Below, piece by piece: positions 1 to 9,168 of a DNA stretch of 53,314 bases (positions are counted from its first letter, which is position 1; every line of letters starts with the position of its first letter). The notes under the pieces are model-generated. The model was not told the DNA's origin, did no database searches, and saw only the letters and a list, made by a program, of their open reading frames with translations. This stretch comes from Dehalococcoidia bacterium (GTDB taxonomy: Bacteria; Chloroflexota; Dehalococcoidia; CAUJGQ01). The stretch spans positions 1-53,314 of the forward strand of contig JBBQJF010000001.1 in NCBI GenBank assembly GCA_038325665.1. Direction: 5' to 3'. The translations under genes and the position numbers were made by a program.

Positions 1-80
1 GATTACGAACCACACGGGTTCCCCGATTTCACGGAGTGTTGGTCATGCTCAGCACTAACCCCCGCCCATGCCCTGTGGCT

Positions 81-128
81 CCCCCTTCCCTGCGAGGGAA
101 GGGGGTGGGGGTTAGGTAATCTCAGGGG
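81..128 (+). repeat. GC-rich palindromic intergenic element, copy A
   Basis: Perfect 11-bp inverted repeat CCCCCTTCCCT (81-91) / AGGGAAGGGGG (95-105), followed by TGGGGGTTAGGTAATCTCAGG. A near-identical unit recurs at 3310-3385. Both end just upstream of a start codon. Confidence 0.6.
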
Positions 129-153
129 CGCGTAGTCGCAATGGAGGCCCGCC

Positions 154-1337
154 ATGGAATTTTCGTTCACGGCCGGTGAGCAGGGCTGGCGTGAGGAGGT
201 ACGCGCCTTTCTCTCTGCCGAGTTGCCCCCCGGCGGCGCCGGACTGCACGACTCGTGGACCGAATCGCAGGAGGCGTGGGAGGAAAGCCGCCGGTTCACG
301 CGGCGACTGGGCGAGCGCAACTGGCTGGCGATGGCATGGCCCACGGAGCACGGCGGCCAAGCCCGCTCCTACATCGAGCAGATGATCTTCAACGAGGAGA
401 TGTCCTATCATCGCGCTCCCATGGGTCGCGCCGGCCTTGGCACCGGCCTGATCGGCCCACGTTCATGGTGCATGGCACCGACGCGCAGAAGGCGCGCTAC
501 CTTGGCCCGATCGCGCGGGGCGAGGAGGTATGGGGCCAGGGCTTCTCCGAGCCGAACGCCGGCTCCGACCTCGCATCACTCCAGACCCGCGCCATCGCTG
601 ACGGCGATGACTACCTCATCACCGGCCAGAAGATTTGGCAGTCGGCCGCCCACCACGCAGATTTCTCACTGTTGGGGGCGCGCACCGACCCGGAAGCGCC
701 CAAGCACCGGGGCATTACCCTGTTCGTCGTGCCGCTCAAGAGTCCGGGTGTGACGATCCGGCCACTGATCGACCTGCGCGGCAGCCATTACTTCAACGAG
801 GTATTCTTCGAGAATGTGCGCGTGCCGCGCACCAACGTGATCGGCGAGGTCAACCGCGGCTGGTACGCGATGACGACGACACTCGACTTCGAGCGGTCGA
901 ATGTCGGCCAGTCCGCCGAGATGCGCCGCAACTGGGAAGACACGATGGCGTACGCCCGCACCGACCGGCCGAATCGGGTCACGCCGGTCGAGCGCGAGCG
1001 GGTGCAGATCGAGATGGCCGAGCGGCGGATCGAGATCGACATCGCCAAGCTGATCGCCTATCGCGTGGTGTCGCTCCAAGCGCGCGGCCTGGTGCCGAAC
1101 TACGAGGCGTCGATGTCGAAGCTGTTCGCCAGCGAGCTGACCCAGCGACTGGCCGGCTCGTGCATGAAGCTGCTCGGCGTCTACAGCGGACTCGACGCCG
1201 GCTCGTCGCGCACGCCGCTGGACGGCTTCATCGCGCGCCTGTACCTCGAATCACCGGCAAACACCATCCGCGCCGGCAGCAGCGAGATCCAGCGCAACAT
1301 CATCGCCACTCGCGGGCTGGGGCTGCCGCGGGCCTGA
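154..1337 (+). pseudogene. acyl-CoA dehydrogenase with a broken reading frame (1 nt missing after the C run at 456-458; true frameshift or base-call error)
   Basis: The frame starting at 154 gives the ACAD N-terminus up to ...GLGTGLIGP. The protein continues in the frame of ORF 255..1337 as TFMVHGTDAQKARYLGPIARGEEVWGQGFSEPNAGSDLASLQTRA... through to the C-terminal ...GSSEIQRNIIA motif. One extra C would restore ...LIGPTFMVHGT... Confidence 0.8.
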
Positions 1338-1505
1338 GAGACCGCAGCACGGGTAGCCGTGTAGCGGCGATGGGCAAGTCGGATTGGGGCCGTTAAATCA
1401 ACCGCGGCACTCAGTTCTCAACTTGAATGCGAGGTGGAGGCCCGCCGTTTGTCCCTGCCTGAGACTCGGAATGATCAGACATGCACTCCAGTTCCGTCTG
1501 CTACC

Positions 1506-2525
1506 CTAGACCGCGTCAAGAGTGTCGATGATGGATTCCACCGGGTCATACACCACGCCGTTCTCGCCATTTGGCACGAAGATCGGCTTGCCAACCGTTG
1601 GCAGATAGCGAGCCACATCTTTCATGACCATCGCAAATGACTGGTCACCTGTGAGCACTGCGTCACAGTCCAGGAGATGGATCGCGTGGTGGAGGTCCAG
1701 TACATTGCTTGCTCTCACGGGGTGGTCGATCTGGAACATCTGAACCAGTGCGATGAGTCGCGTAGTGGGAATTTGGTCGCCATCAACGTCTTGAAACCAG
1801 AACCGGGCATAGTCTTGAGTGTCTATCGGCTCACGTCGAAAGGCAGGATTTGGGAACATTCGAAGGTCCCGTGAACCCGGTGTCCGCGTGAGGATTATTC
1901 CTTCCCACTCACCATAGGCGACGAATCGCCAGCGCATCTCCCGCTCTGCTATTCCGGCTGTGAGAGTCCTCAAGTCAACGCCAGGAATGTCCCAACGTAT
2001 CCGGCTGTAGTCCTTTTGAGCCGACGCGCGATTCTTGGCTGGGATTTTGTCCCGAAGCGCCTTTTGACTCTTCTGCGCCTCGCCTTTTATGGGATGCAAC
2101 TGGTCAGAGAATGCCTGAAATAACTCATCATTCCAGTTTGGCGGGTTGTTTTCCGAGAACTCAGTAAGATCCGCCAGTTTGCGCCAATTGGCAAGGTACT
2201 CCCGCCTCATCTTGAGTACCCAGGTCTGCACTTCGGGATCGGGCAGTTTACTAAGCCAACAAGGCCGACATCGAATGATTTCGCCTCGTAACTCAAGACC
2301 TTGTCTATACAACTCAGGCTCCGTGACGAAGGTAGTAGCAATACTGGAGATGGCACGAAGCCTTGCGGTTCGCCGCTCATGGTCACGGTCTGCCATCACC
2401 TCAAGAATGTTGAATCCTGACGCCATGACGTAATCACGTCGCGCATCGAGCGCAGACCGCAGGCGTCGCGCTTGACCACCTTCCGAGAGACGGTTGATGA
2501 GATTATTGTCGAAATAGATTCGCAC
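1506..2525 (-). CDS. hypothetical 339-aa protein; PIN-like nuclease motifs split by a ~220-aa insertion
   Basis: GTG start with AAGGA 8-9 nt upstream. N-terminus is RIYFDNNLI (Asp6) and NILEV (Glu42). C-terminus is SNVLDLHHAIHLLDCDAVLTGDQSF, resembling the PIN third/fourth acidic motif (S-x-x-D...L-v-T-x-D-x-x-F). Lies in visibly lower-GC DNA. Confidence 0.5.
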   Translation of the reverse strand: MRIYFDNNLINRLSEGGQARRLRSALDARRDYVMASGFNILEVMADRDHERRTARLRAISSIATTFVTEPELYRQGLELRGEIIRCRPCWLSKLPDPEVQTWVLKMRREYLANWRKLADLTEFSENNPPNWNDELFQAFSDQLHPIKGEAQKSQKALRDKIPAKNRASAQKDYSRIRWDIPGVDLRTLTAGIAEREMRWRFVAYGEWEGIILTRTPGSRDLRMFPNPAFRREPIDTQDYARFWFQDVDGDQIPTTRLIALVQMFQIDHPVRASNVLDLHHAIHLLDCDAVLTGDQSFAMVMKDVARYLPTVGKPIFVPNGENGVVYDPVESIIDTLDAV

Positions 2526-3265
2526 AGAACTGATCCTTTAGTTAGTTGCACATGTGCTCTTACGGTTTCCGCCGGTGAGCAAAAAACTCTGCCGACCAGT
2601 TGGATTGATGCCCTTGATCGCGGTCTGTGCAAGGACAAAATCAACTATAGCATTGTGGGTTCAGGAAAATCGAGCCTCACTGCCACGCCTACAACGAGCA
2701 ACACGCTGTTATTTAGCCCGGTTGGATAGATAACACGTCTTAAATTGTAGTGTATTGTGGGGTTAATCCGTTGATTCACGCAAGATAGACGCCTTTCGAA
2801 TCGATGCAGAGACGCGCCAAAAGGCAACAAAAACATTAGACTTAGTTGCCAAAAGGTGCTGATCTGCGAGCATGTGCCAAGCTGCAATTTCACGAGGTCG
2901 TTGCAGACATGGTGGATGCTTTCGGCACTCTGCTAGAGTATATTCGCGCTGGATGGTTGGCCGTGTCGCCATCCCGCCCCAGCCGTCGTCCATACCAGTA
3001 CGCGATGGCTTTTTGTGGTCTGGCATGGGACGATTGAGTTGGCAGCGGTCGCCGCGACGCGCGCCGGCCCTGACCCCTGGCTGTCAACCACGGCCACACC
3101 CTTCTTCCGCTCATGCACGACGCACGGAAGGGTCAGGCCGTGGGAGAGGCGCATAACCCCGCGTGCCGAGACACCACCGGCGGACGGACGGGCATGAGAG
3201 ACTCCGTGGGGTCTGGGGGGCAGCACCGAGGGGTGAACAGGCGCTACCCCGATCGGCTTTCCACC

Positions 3266-3385
3266 TCTCCCCCGGCCCCTCCCCTGCACGGGGAGCGGCG
3301 CCCGATTCTCCCCCTTCCTTGCAGGGAAGGGGGCCGGGGGGGTTAGGTGAGCCGGGGGCCGGGGAATAGGTAGTCTCACAGGAGT
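3266..3385 (+). repeat. GC-rich palindromic intergenic element, copy B (two hairpin units)
   Basis: CTCCCC-TGCAC-GGGGAG, then CCCCCTTCCTT-GC-AGGGAAGGGGG, followed by GGGGGTTAGGTGA...TAGGTAGTCTCACAGG. Matches copy A at 81-128 and ends 7 nt before the tkt start codon. Confidence 0.6.
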
Positions 3386-3391
3386 AGCACG

Positions 3392-5266
3392 ATGACCGAG
3401 GACTCCCAGCGCCGTGTGGACTTGGCGCGACAGTTGCGGATCGACAGCATCAGGTGCAGCACCAGGGCAGGTTCGGGGCATCCCACCTCATCGATGTCGG
3501 CCGCCGATCTGATGGCGGCGCTGCTGGCCGGGTATCTGCGCTATGACTTCGATGCGCCGGACAACCCGGCGAACGATCACCTCATCTTCTCCAAGGGCCA
3601 CGCCTCACCGCTTGTCTACAGCCTATTCAAAGCGGCGGGCGCGATCACCGATGAGGAACTAATGACGTTTCGCACGTTCGGCAGCCGGCTGCAGGGGCAC
3701 CCCACCCCGATCCTGCCGTGGGTCGATGTGGCGACCGGCTCGCTCGGTCAGGGGCTGCCGATCGGCGTCGGCGTCGCGCTGGCCGGCAAGCGCCTCGATC
3801 AGATTCCGTATCGCGTGTGGGTGCTGCTGGGCGACAGCGAGACGGCGGAAGGGTCGGTGTGGGAGGCGTTCGCCCACGCGGGGCACGCCCAACTCGACAA
3901 CCTGATCGCGATTATCGACGTCAACCGCCTCGGCCAGCGCGGCGAGACCATGGACGCCTGGAACACGGCCGCGTACGCCGAGCGCGGTCGCGCATTCGGC
4001 TGGGATGTGCGCGAGATCGACGGCCACGACCTTGACCAGATCGATCAGGCGTACGCGTGGGCCACGACCGCCGAGGGCAAGCCGAAGCTGATCGTCGCCC
4101 GTACCATCAAGGGCAAGGGCGTGTCGTTCCTGGAGGACAAGGCGGGCTGGCACGGCAAGACGCTGAACAAGGACGAGATGGAGCGCGCGCTACAGGAGTT
4201 AGGCGCGTCCCCCACGATCACCGTGCGCCCGCACGCGCCGGAACAGGGACACACAGCGGTCGCGGCCTCGGCCCAGCCCGCCGCCTTAACGCTGCCGTCG
4301 TACACACTCGGCGATGAGGTCGCGACACGGAGCGCGTACGGCGATGCGCTCGCGGCGATTGGGGCGTCTCGGCCGCGGGTGGTCGCGCTCGACGCCGAGG
4401 TCAGCAACTCCACCTACGCGGAGAAGTTTGGTCAGGCCTTCCCCGGCCGGTTCTTCGAGATGTACATCGCCGAACAGCAGATGGTCGCGGCAGGAATCGG
4501 CATGCAGGTGCGCGGCTACGTCCCGTTCGTCTCCACGTTCGCGGCATTCTTCACCCGCGCGTACGATTTCATCCGCATGGGCGCGATCTCGCGTGCGAAT
4601 CTGCGGCTATCAGGCTCACACGCCGGCGTATCGATCGGCGAGGACGGACCGTCGCAAATGGCACTCGAGGATCTGGCGATGATGCGGGCCGTCCACGGCA
4701 GCACGGTGCTGTATCCATGCGACGCGAACCAGACGGCGCGGCTGGTGGCCGACATGGCCGACATGACCGGCATCGTCTACCTCCGCACCACCCGTGGCAA
4801 GACCCGCGTGCTCTACTCCTCGGGTGAGACTTTTCCGGTCGGCGGCAGCCGCGTGCTCCATCGCTCCGAGAGCGACCAGGTGACGATCGTGGCGGCCGGG
4901 ACAACCGTCGATGAAGCACTGGCCGCGTTTACTAACCTGCGCGCGGAGGGCATCACGGCACGGGTGATCGACGCCTACTCGGTCAAGCCAATCGACGTGA
5001 CGGCGCTGAGTGAGGCGGCGCGCGACACCGGCGTGATCATTGTGGTGGAGGATCACTGGCCGGAAGGCGGGCTGGGCGATGCAGTATTGGAAGGGCTGGC
5101 GAGCACTGGTGCGCCGATGCCGCGCGTGGTGAAGCTGGCGGTGCGCGGCATGCCCGGGTCAGGCACGCCCGAGCAACTGCGTGACGCCGCCGGCATCAGC
5201 GCCCGACACATCGTCGAGGTCGCCCGCGCGGCGGTCGCGGCCAGCGCACCGGCGTCGCGCCGGTAG
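3392..5266 (+). CDS. tkt: transketolase (single-chain, ~620-aa type)
   Basis: GSGHPTSSMSAADL, FSKGHASPLVYS, GSLGQGLPIGVG and LLGDSETAEGSVWEA ThDP-binding motifs. Pyrimidine-binding and C-terminal domains present. AGGAG RBS. Confidence 0.9.
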   Translation: MTEDSQRRVDLARQLRIDSIRCSTRAGSGHPTSSMSAADLMAALLAGYLRYDFDAPDNPANDHLIFSKGHASPLVYSLFKAAGAITDEELMTFRTFGSRLQGHPTPILPWVDVATGSLGQGLPIGVGVALAGKRLDQIPYRVWVLLGDSETAEGSVWEAFAHAGHAQLDNLIAIIDVNRLGQRGETMDAWNTAAYAERGRAFGWDVREIDGHDLDQIDQAYAWATTAEGKPKLIVARTIKGKGVSFLEDKAGWHGKTLNKDEMERALQELGASPTITVRPHAPEQGHTAVAASAQPAALTLPSYTLGDEVATRSAYGDALAAIGASRPRVVALDAEVSNSTYAEKFGQAFPGRFFEMYIAEQQMVAAGIGMQVRGYVPFVSTFAAFFTRAYDFIRMGAISRANLRLSGSHAGVSIGEDGPSQMALEDLAMMRAVHGSTVLYPCDANQTARLVADMADMTGIVYLRTTRGKTRVLYSSGETFPVGGSRVLHRSESDQVTIVAAGTTVDEALAAFTNLRAEGITARVIDAYSVKPIDVTALSEAARDTGVIIVVEDHWPEGGLGDAVLEGLASTGAPMPRVVKLAVRGMPGSGTPEQLRDAAGISARHIVEVARAAVAASAPASRR

Positions 5267-5275
5267 ACACACTGC

Positions 5276-5365
5276 CCCGGCAACGAGCGGCGCGGCAACC
5301 CTGGTGCGATGACAAGCGACCGCACCACAAGACCCGGCAGAGAGCAGTCCAGCAACCCTGGTGCG
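5276..5365. repeat. two 33-nt direct repeats, 57-nt period
   Basis: CCCGGCAACGAGCGGCGCGGCAACCCTGGTGCG (5276-5308) versus CCCGGCAGAGAGCAGTCCAGCAACCCTGGTGCG (5333-5365); 27/33 identical. Located immediately after the tkt stop codon. Confidence 0.6.
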
Positions 5366-5441
5366 TACACTCTATAGACGTTGCCGAGTGATCACCCCGC
5401 GAGGGTGCTCCCCGGATCCGCGTGTCCACATTCAGTTCACA

Positions 5442-5588
5442 GTGAGCGTTCAGCCATCAGTGCCCGGTCATCAGCCCGTCAGTGAACCGTCAGAATTACC
5501 CGCCCTCAACGCCCCCGGCAGGCCGGGGCGGTCACGGCCCGGGACCGCGTGGGCATTGAACGCTGACGGCTGATGGCTGAACGCTTAC
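5442..5588. repeat. ~147-nt element closed by a 19-bp terminal inverted repeat (structured RNA or MITE-like)
   Basis: 5442-5460 (GTGAGCGTTCAGCCATCAG) pairs with 5570-5588 (CTGATGGCTGAACGCTTAC) with one G-T pair. The interior contains a CCCCGGC-AG-GCCGGGG hairpin and reiterated TCAG(T/C) units. Confidence 0.5.
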
Positions 5589-5649
5589 GGGGATTTAGGT
5601 CGGCCCCCGTCCCCTAACACCCAACACCCATGTTCAACGGAGTGCCCAG

Positions 5650-6084
5650 ATGCCGCTACCCGACCCGACCTTTGATCCCCTCGCGCGCAAGATACAGTCC
5701 GACCTGATCGTCGAGCGCGCCGCTGGTCAGCTCCGCAAGGTGCTCCACGATCTCACCGAGCAGCTCGATCCTTTTCCCGCGTTTCCCGGCGCCTTTTTCA
5801 CCTACGGCATTGAGATCGAACCCGAGGCCGCCGCCCGTACCGATCGCGGGTGTATCGTCTTGGCCTCGGATGGGGACCTATACGAATTCGAGATCGGCCT
5901 TGATCTCGAGGGGCTTGACCCCTCCGGATACGCCGACCCGATCGCGCTCCGCAAGGAAGAACTGAAGAAGCTCGATATCCACCCGCGTGATTACGTGGTC
6001 TACGCCCACTCCGCCATCGCCCGTGTGGCCGAGCTGCTGCTCGAACGGGTCGAGGGCGAGGATGACCCCGCCTTGGGCGGCTGA
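5650..6084 (+). CDS. hypothetical protein (144 aa, acidic)
   Basis: High GC3 and a GGAG RBS. No family recognised. Confidence 0.6.
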   Translation: MPLPDPTFDPLARKIQSDLIVERAAGQLRKVLHDLTEQLDPFPAFPGAFFTYGIEIEPEAAARTDRGCIVLASDGDLYEFEIGLDLEGLDPSGYADPIALRKEELKKLDIHPRDYVVYAHSAIARVAELLLERVEGEDDPALGG

Positions 6085-6242
6085 GCGCCACGGCCGGCAT
6101 GACGCGCGACAGGGAGCACGGTCGGGCCGGGGAGTGCGTGCGCCACGGCCCGCACTCTCTAGACGCGCGAGTTCATCGCGCCCCTTTAGAGCGTCCTCCC
6201 CCGGCCGATGTGTAAAGAGCGCTAGCCACGCGGGAGACTGCT

Positions 6243-6530
6243 ATGACCAAGAACACCTTCAACGACCGGATGCGTGAGCGAATGCCCGCGCATGGCGTCT
6301 GGCGTTCATCGATCGACGCCCCCTCGTTATCCCGTCCGGCCAACGACGCGATGTGGGATGACATGCGCACGCGCCTGCGCGTGTACGAGGAGCAGCGCCG
6401 CGAGATGCGCCGCCGCCGAGGTTTGGGCCTCGGCTCGCACCGGCTGGACGCGGGCGCGACATCGTCCGTGGTCGTGGTGGCCGCTGCCGTGGTGCTGCTG
6501 GTGGTCGCGCTGTTCGGGCTGTCGCGTTAA
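6243..6530 (+). CDS. hypothetical protein with a C-terminal transmembrane anchor (95 aa)
   Basis: GGGAG RBS and high GC3. C-terminus is SSVVVVAAAVVLLVVALFGLSR. Confidence 0.5.
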   Translation: MTKNTFNDRMRERMPAHGVWRSSIDAPSLSRPANDAMWDDMRTRLRVYEEQRREMRRRRGLGLGSHRLDAGATSSVVVVAAAVVLLVVALFGLSR

Positions 6531-6692
6531 GCAAGCGCTCGGCTCGTGGTGTTCAGCTCTCGACGGCGGCAGAGCGGTCATCGCGGATTGTACACGTCCC
6601 GATGGGGCCAGTTTGCCGGCCGGCAGCCGCGATCGAGCAGACGGGCCGCCGCGCGCTAGAGTCGGAACCTCCGCGCCGGCACAGCCGCGCGC

Positions 6693-7172
6693 TTATTCGA
6701 GTACGATCGCGCCGCTCTTACCGCCTGACTTCCGCACGAGCCGCACGGCGTCGAGGCGCATGCCGCGATCGACCGCCTTACACATATCGTAGATCGTTAG
6801 TCCGGCGACGGAGACAGCGGTGAGCGCTTCCATCTCGACGCCGGTGCCGCCGGTGGTGCGCGCCGTTGCTTCGATCTCGATCGCGCTGTCTGCTTCATTC
6901 GGTATCAGCGCGACATCGACGCTGGTGAGCAGCAACGGGTGGCACATCGGGATCAGTTCGTGGGTGCGCTTGGCCGCCATGATGCCCGCGATCTGGGCGG
7001 TGGTGAGCACATTGCCCTTCGCGACCTCGCCCGCCACGATCAGATGCAGCGTCTCCGGCCGCATCATCACGCGGCCGCGCGCCACCGCGACCCGTGTGGT
7101 CGCCGCCTTCCCCGAGACATCCACCATGTGCGCGCGGCCGGCGTCATCGATGTGCGACAGTCGTTCCGTCAT
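6693..7172 (-). CDS. moaC: cyclic pyranopterin monophosphate synthase MoaC
   Basis: [45 protein letters not shown] and [23 protein letters not shown] are MoaC signatures. Confidence 0.95.
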   Translation of the reverse strand: MTERLSHIDDAGRAHMVDVSGKAATTRVAVARGRVMMRPETLHLIVAGEVAKGNVLTTAQIAGIMAAKRTHELIPMCHPLLLTSVDVALIPNEADSAIEIEATARTTGGTGVEMEALTAVSVAGLTIYDMCKAVDRGMRLDAVRLVRKSGGKSGAIVLE

Positions 7173-7212
7173 CAGTCCCCATCACCCACTACCCAACATC
7201 CATCGCCTGGCC

Positions 7213-8304
<1,092 letters not shown>

Positions 8305-9168
8305 GGTGCAATGTCCGTAGGGTGTCACACGCGGCGGCGGCGGCGCGGGCGCGGTGGCTGATACGATTCTTGGCGGCGGTGTCCATCTCGGCCATCGTGA
8401 ACGCGCCATCGCCCACCAGGAAGATCGGGTCGTAGCCGAAGCCGCCCGCGCCGCGCGGCGCGCGGCTGATGCGTCCCTCGCAGATGCCTTCGGAGAGAAG
8501 CAGCCGCCCGTCGCCCGTGGCGATCGCGATCACGGCGCGGAAACGGGCGGTACGGCGTTCGTCCGGCACATCACGGAGGGCATCGAGCAACAGTGTCATC
8601 TTATCCGCATGCGTTGTGTCCCGTCCAGCATAACGGGCGGAATGCAGCCCCGGCGCCCCGCCGAGAGCGTCGATCTCTAATCCAGAGTCGTCGGCGAGCG
8701 CGGTCAAGCCTGAGGCGCGGGCGAACGCTTCCGCTTTGAGGCGGGCGTTGCCCGCGTACGTGTCCGCCGTCTCGTCCACCTCAAGCGCGAGACCGATAGC
8801 GGCGGGAGTCACGAGTTCCCAGCCGCAGCCCGCCAGCAGTTCGCGGAACTCACGCACCTTGCCCTGATTATTCGTGGCGAGTAGCAAATTGGGCATGGGG
8901 AAATCATACGGCAATTCCCGCCGGCAACGATCCTCAAGGGACACGCGTTCAGCTCTCCTCCATTTGGTCTCAACACCATGCGAGTGCTCGCCCGCGGATG
9001 CACGCGGCGGCGCGGGCAAAGGCTACCGGCAGGGAGTCGGGAGCGAGCAGGCTGACGGCTGCTCGCTCACCGTCGTGGCCGGCTGACACGGCCGGCGCGA
9101 CCGTCACCCTTGCGACCGGCTCACGGGGGGACCGCTGGCGCGCTACAATCGCGGCAGGAGGCGCCGTG

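Noticed and set aside
2645-2893. 82-aa minus-strand ORF upstream of the PIN-like gene, as a possible antitoxin partner.
   Set aside because: It lies in the most AT-rich stretch, has no RBS, has odd composition, and is separated from the PIN-like start codon by 120 nt. It more likely overlaps the promoter region.
8897-9168. Looked for a Moco riboswitch upstream of the rdgB-moaA-moaC operon. Also noted a perfect 10-bp hairpin, GAGCGAGCAG...CTGCTCGCTC, at 9041-9068.
   Set aside because: I could not find the conserved Moco-motif sequence on the minus strand. The hairpin has no U-tract and no partner features, so I cannot assign it a role. It may simply be another GC repeat in the divergent promoter region.
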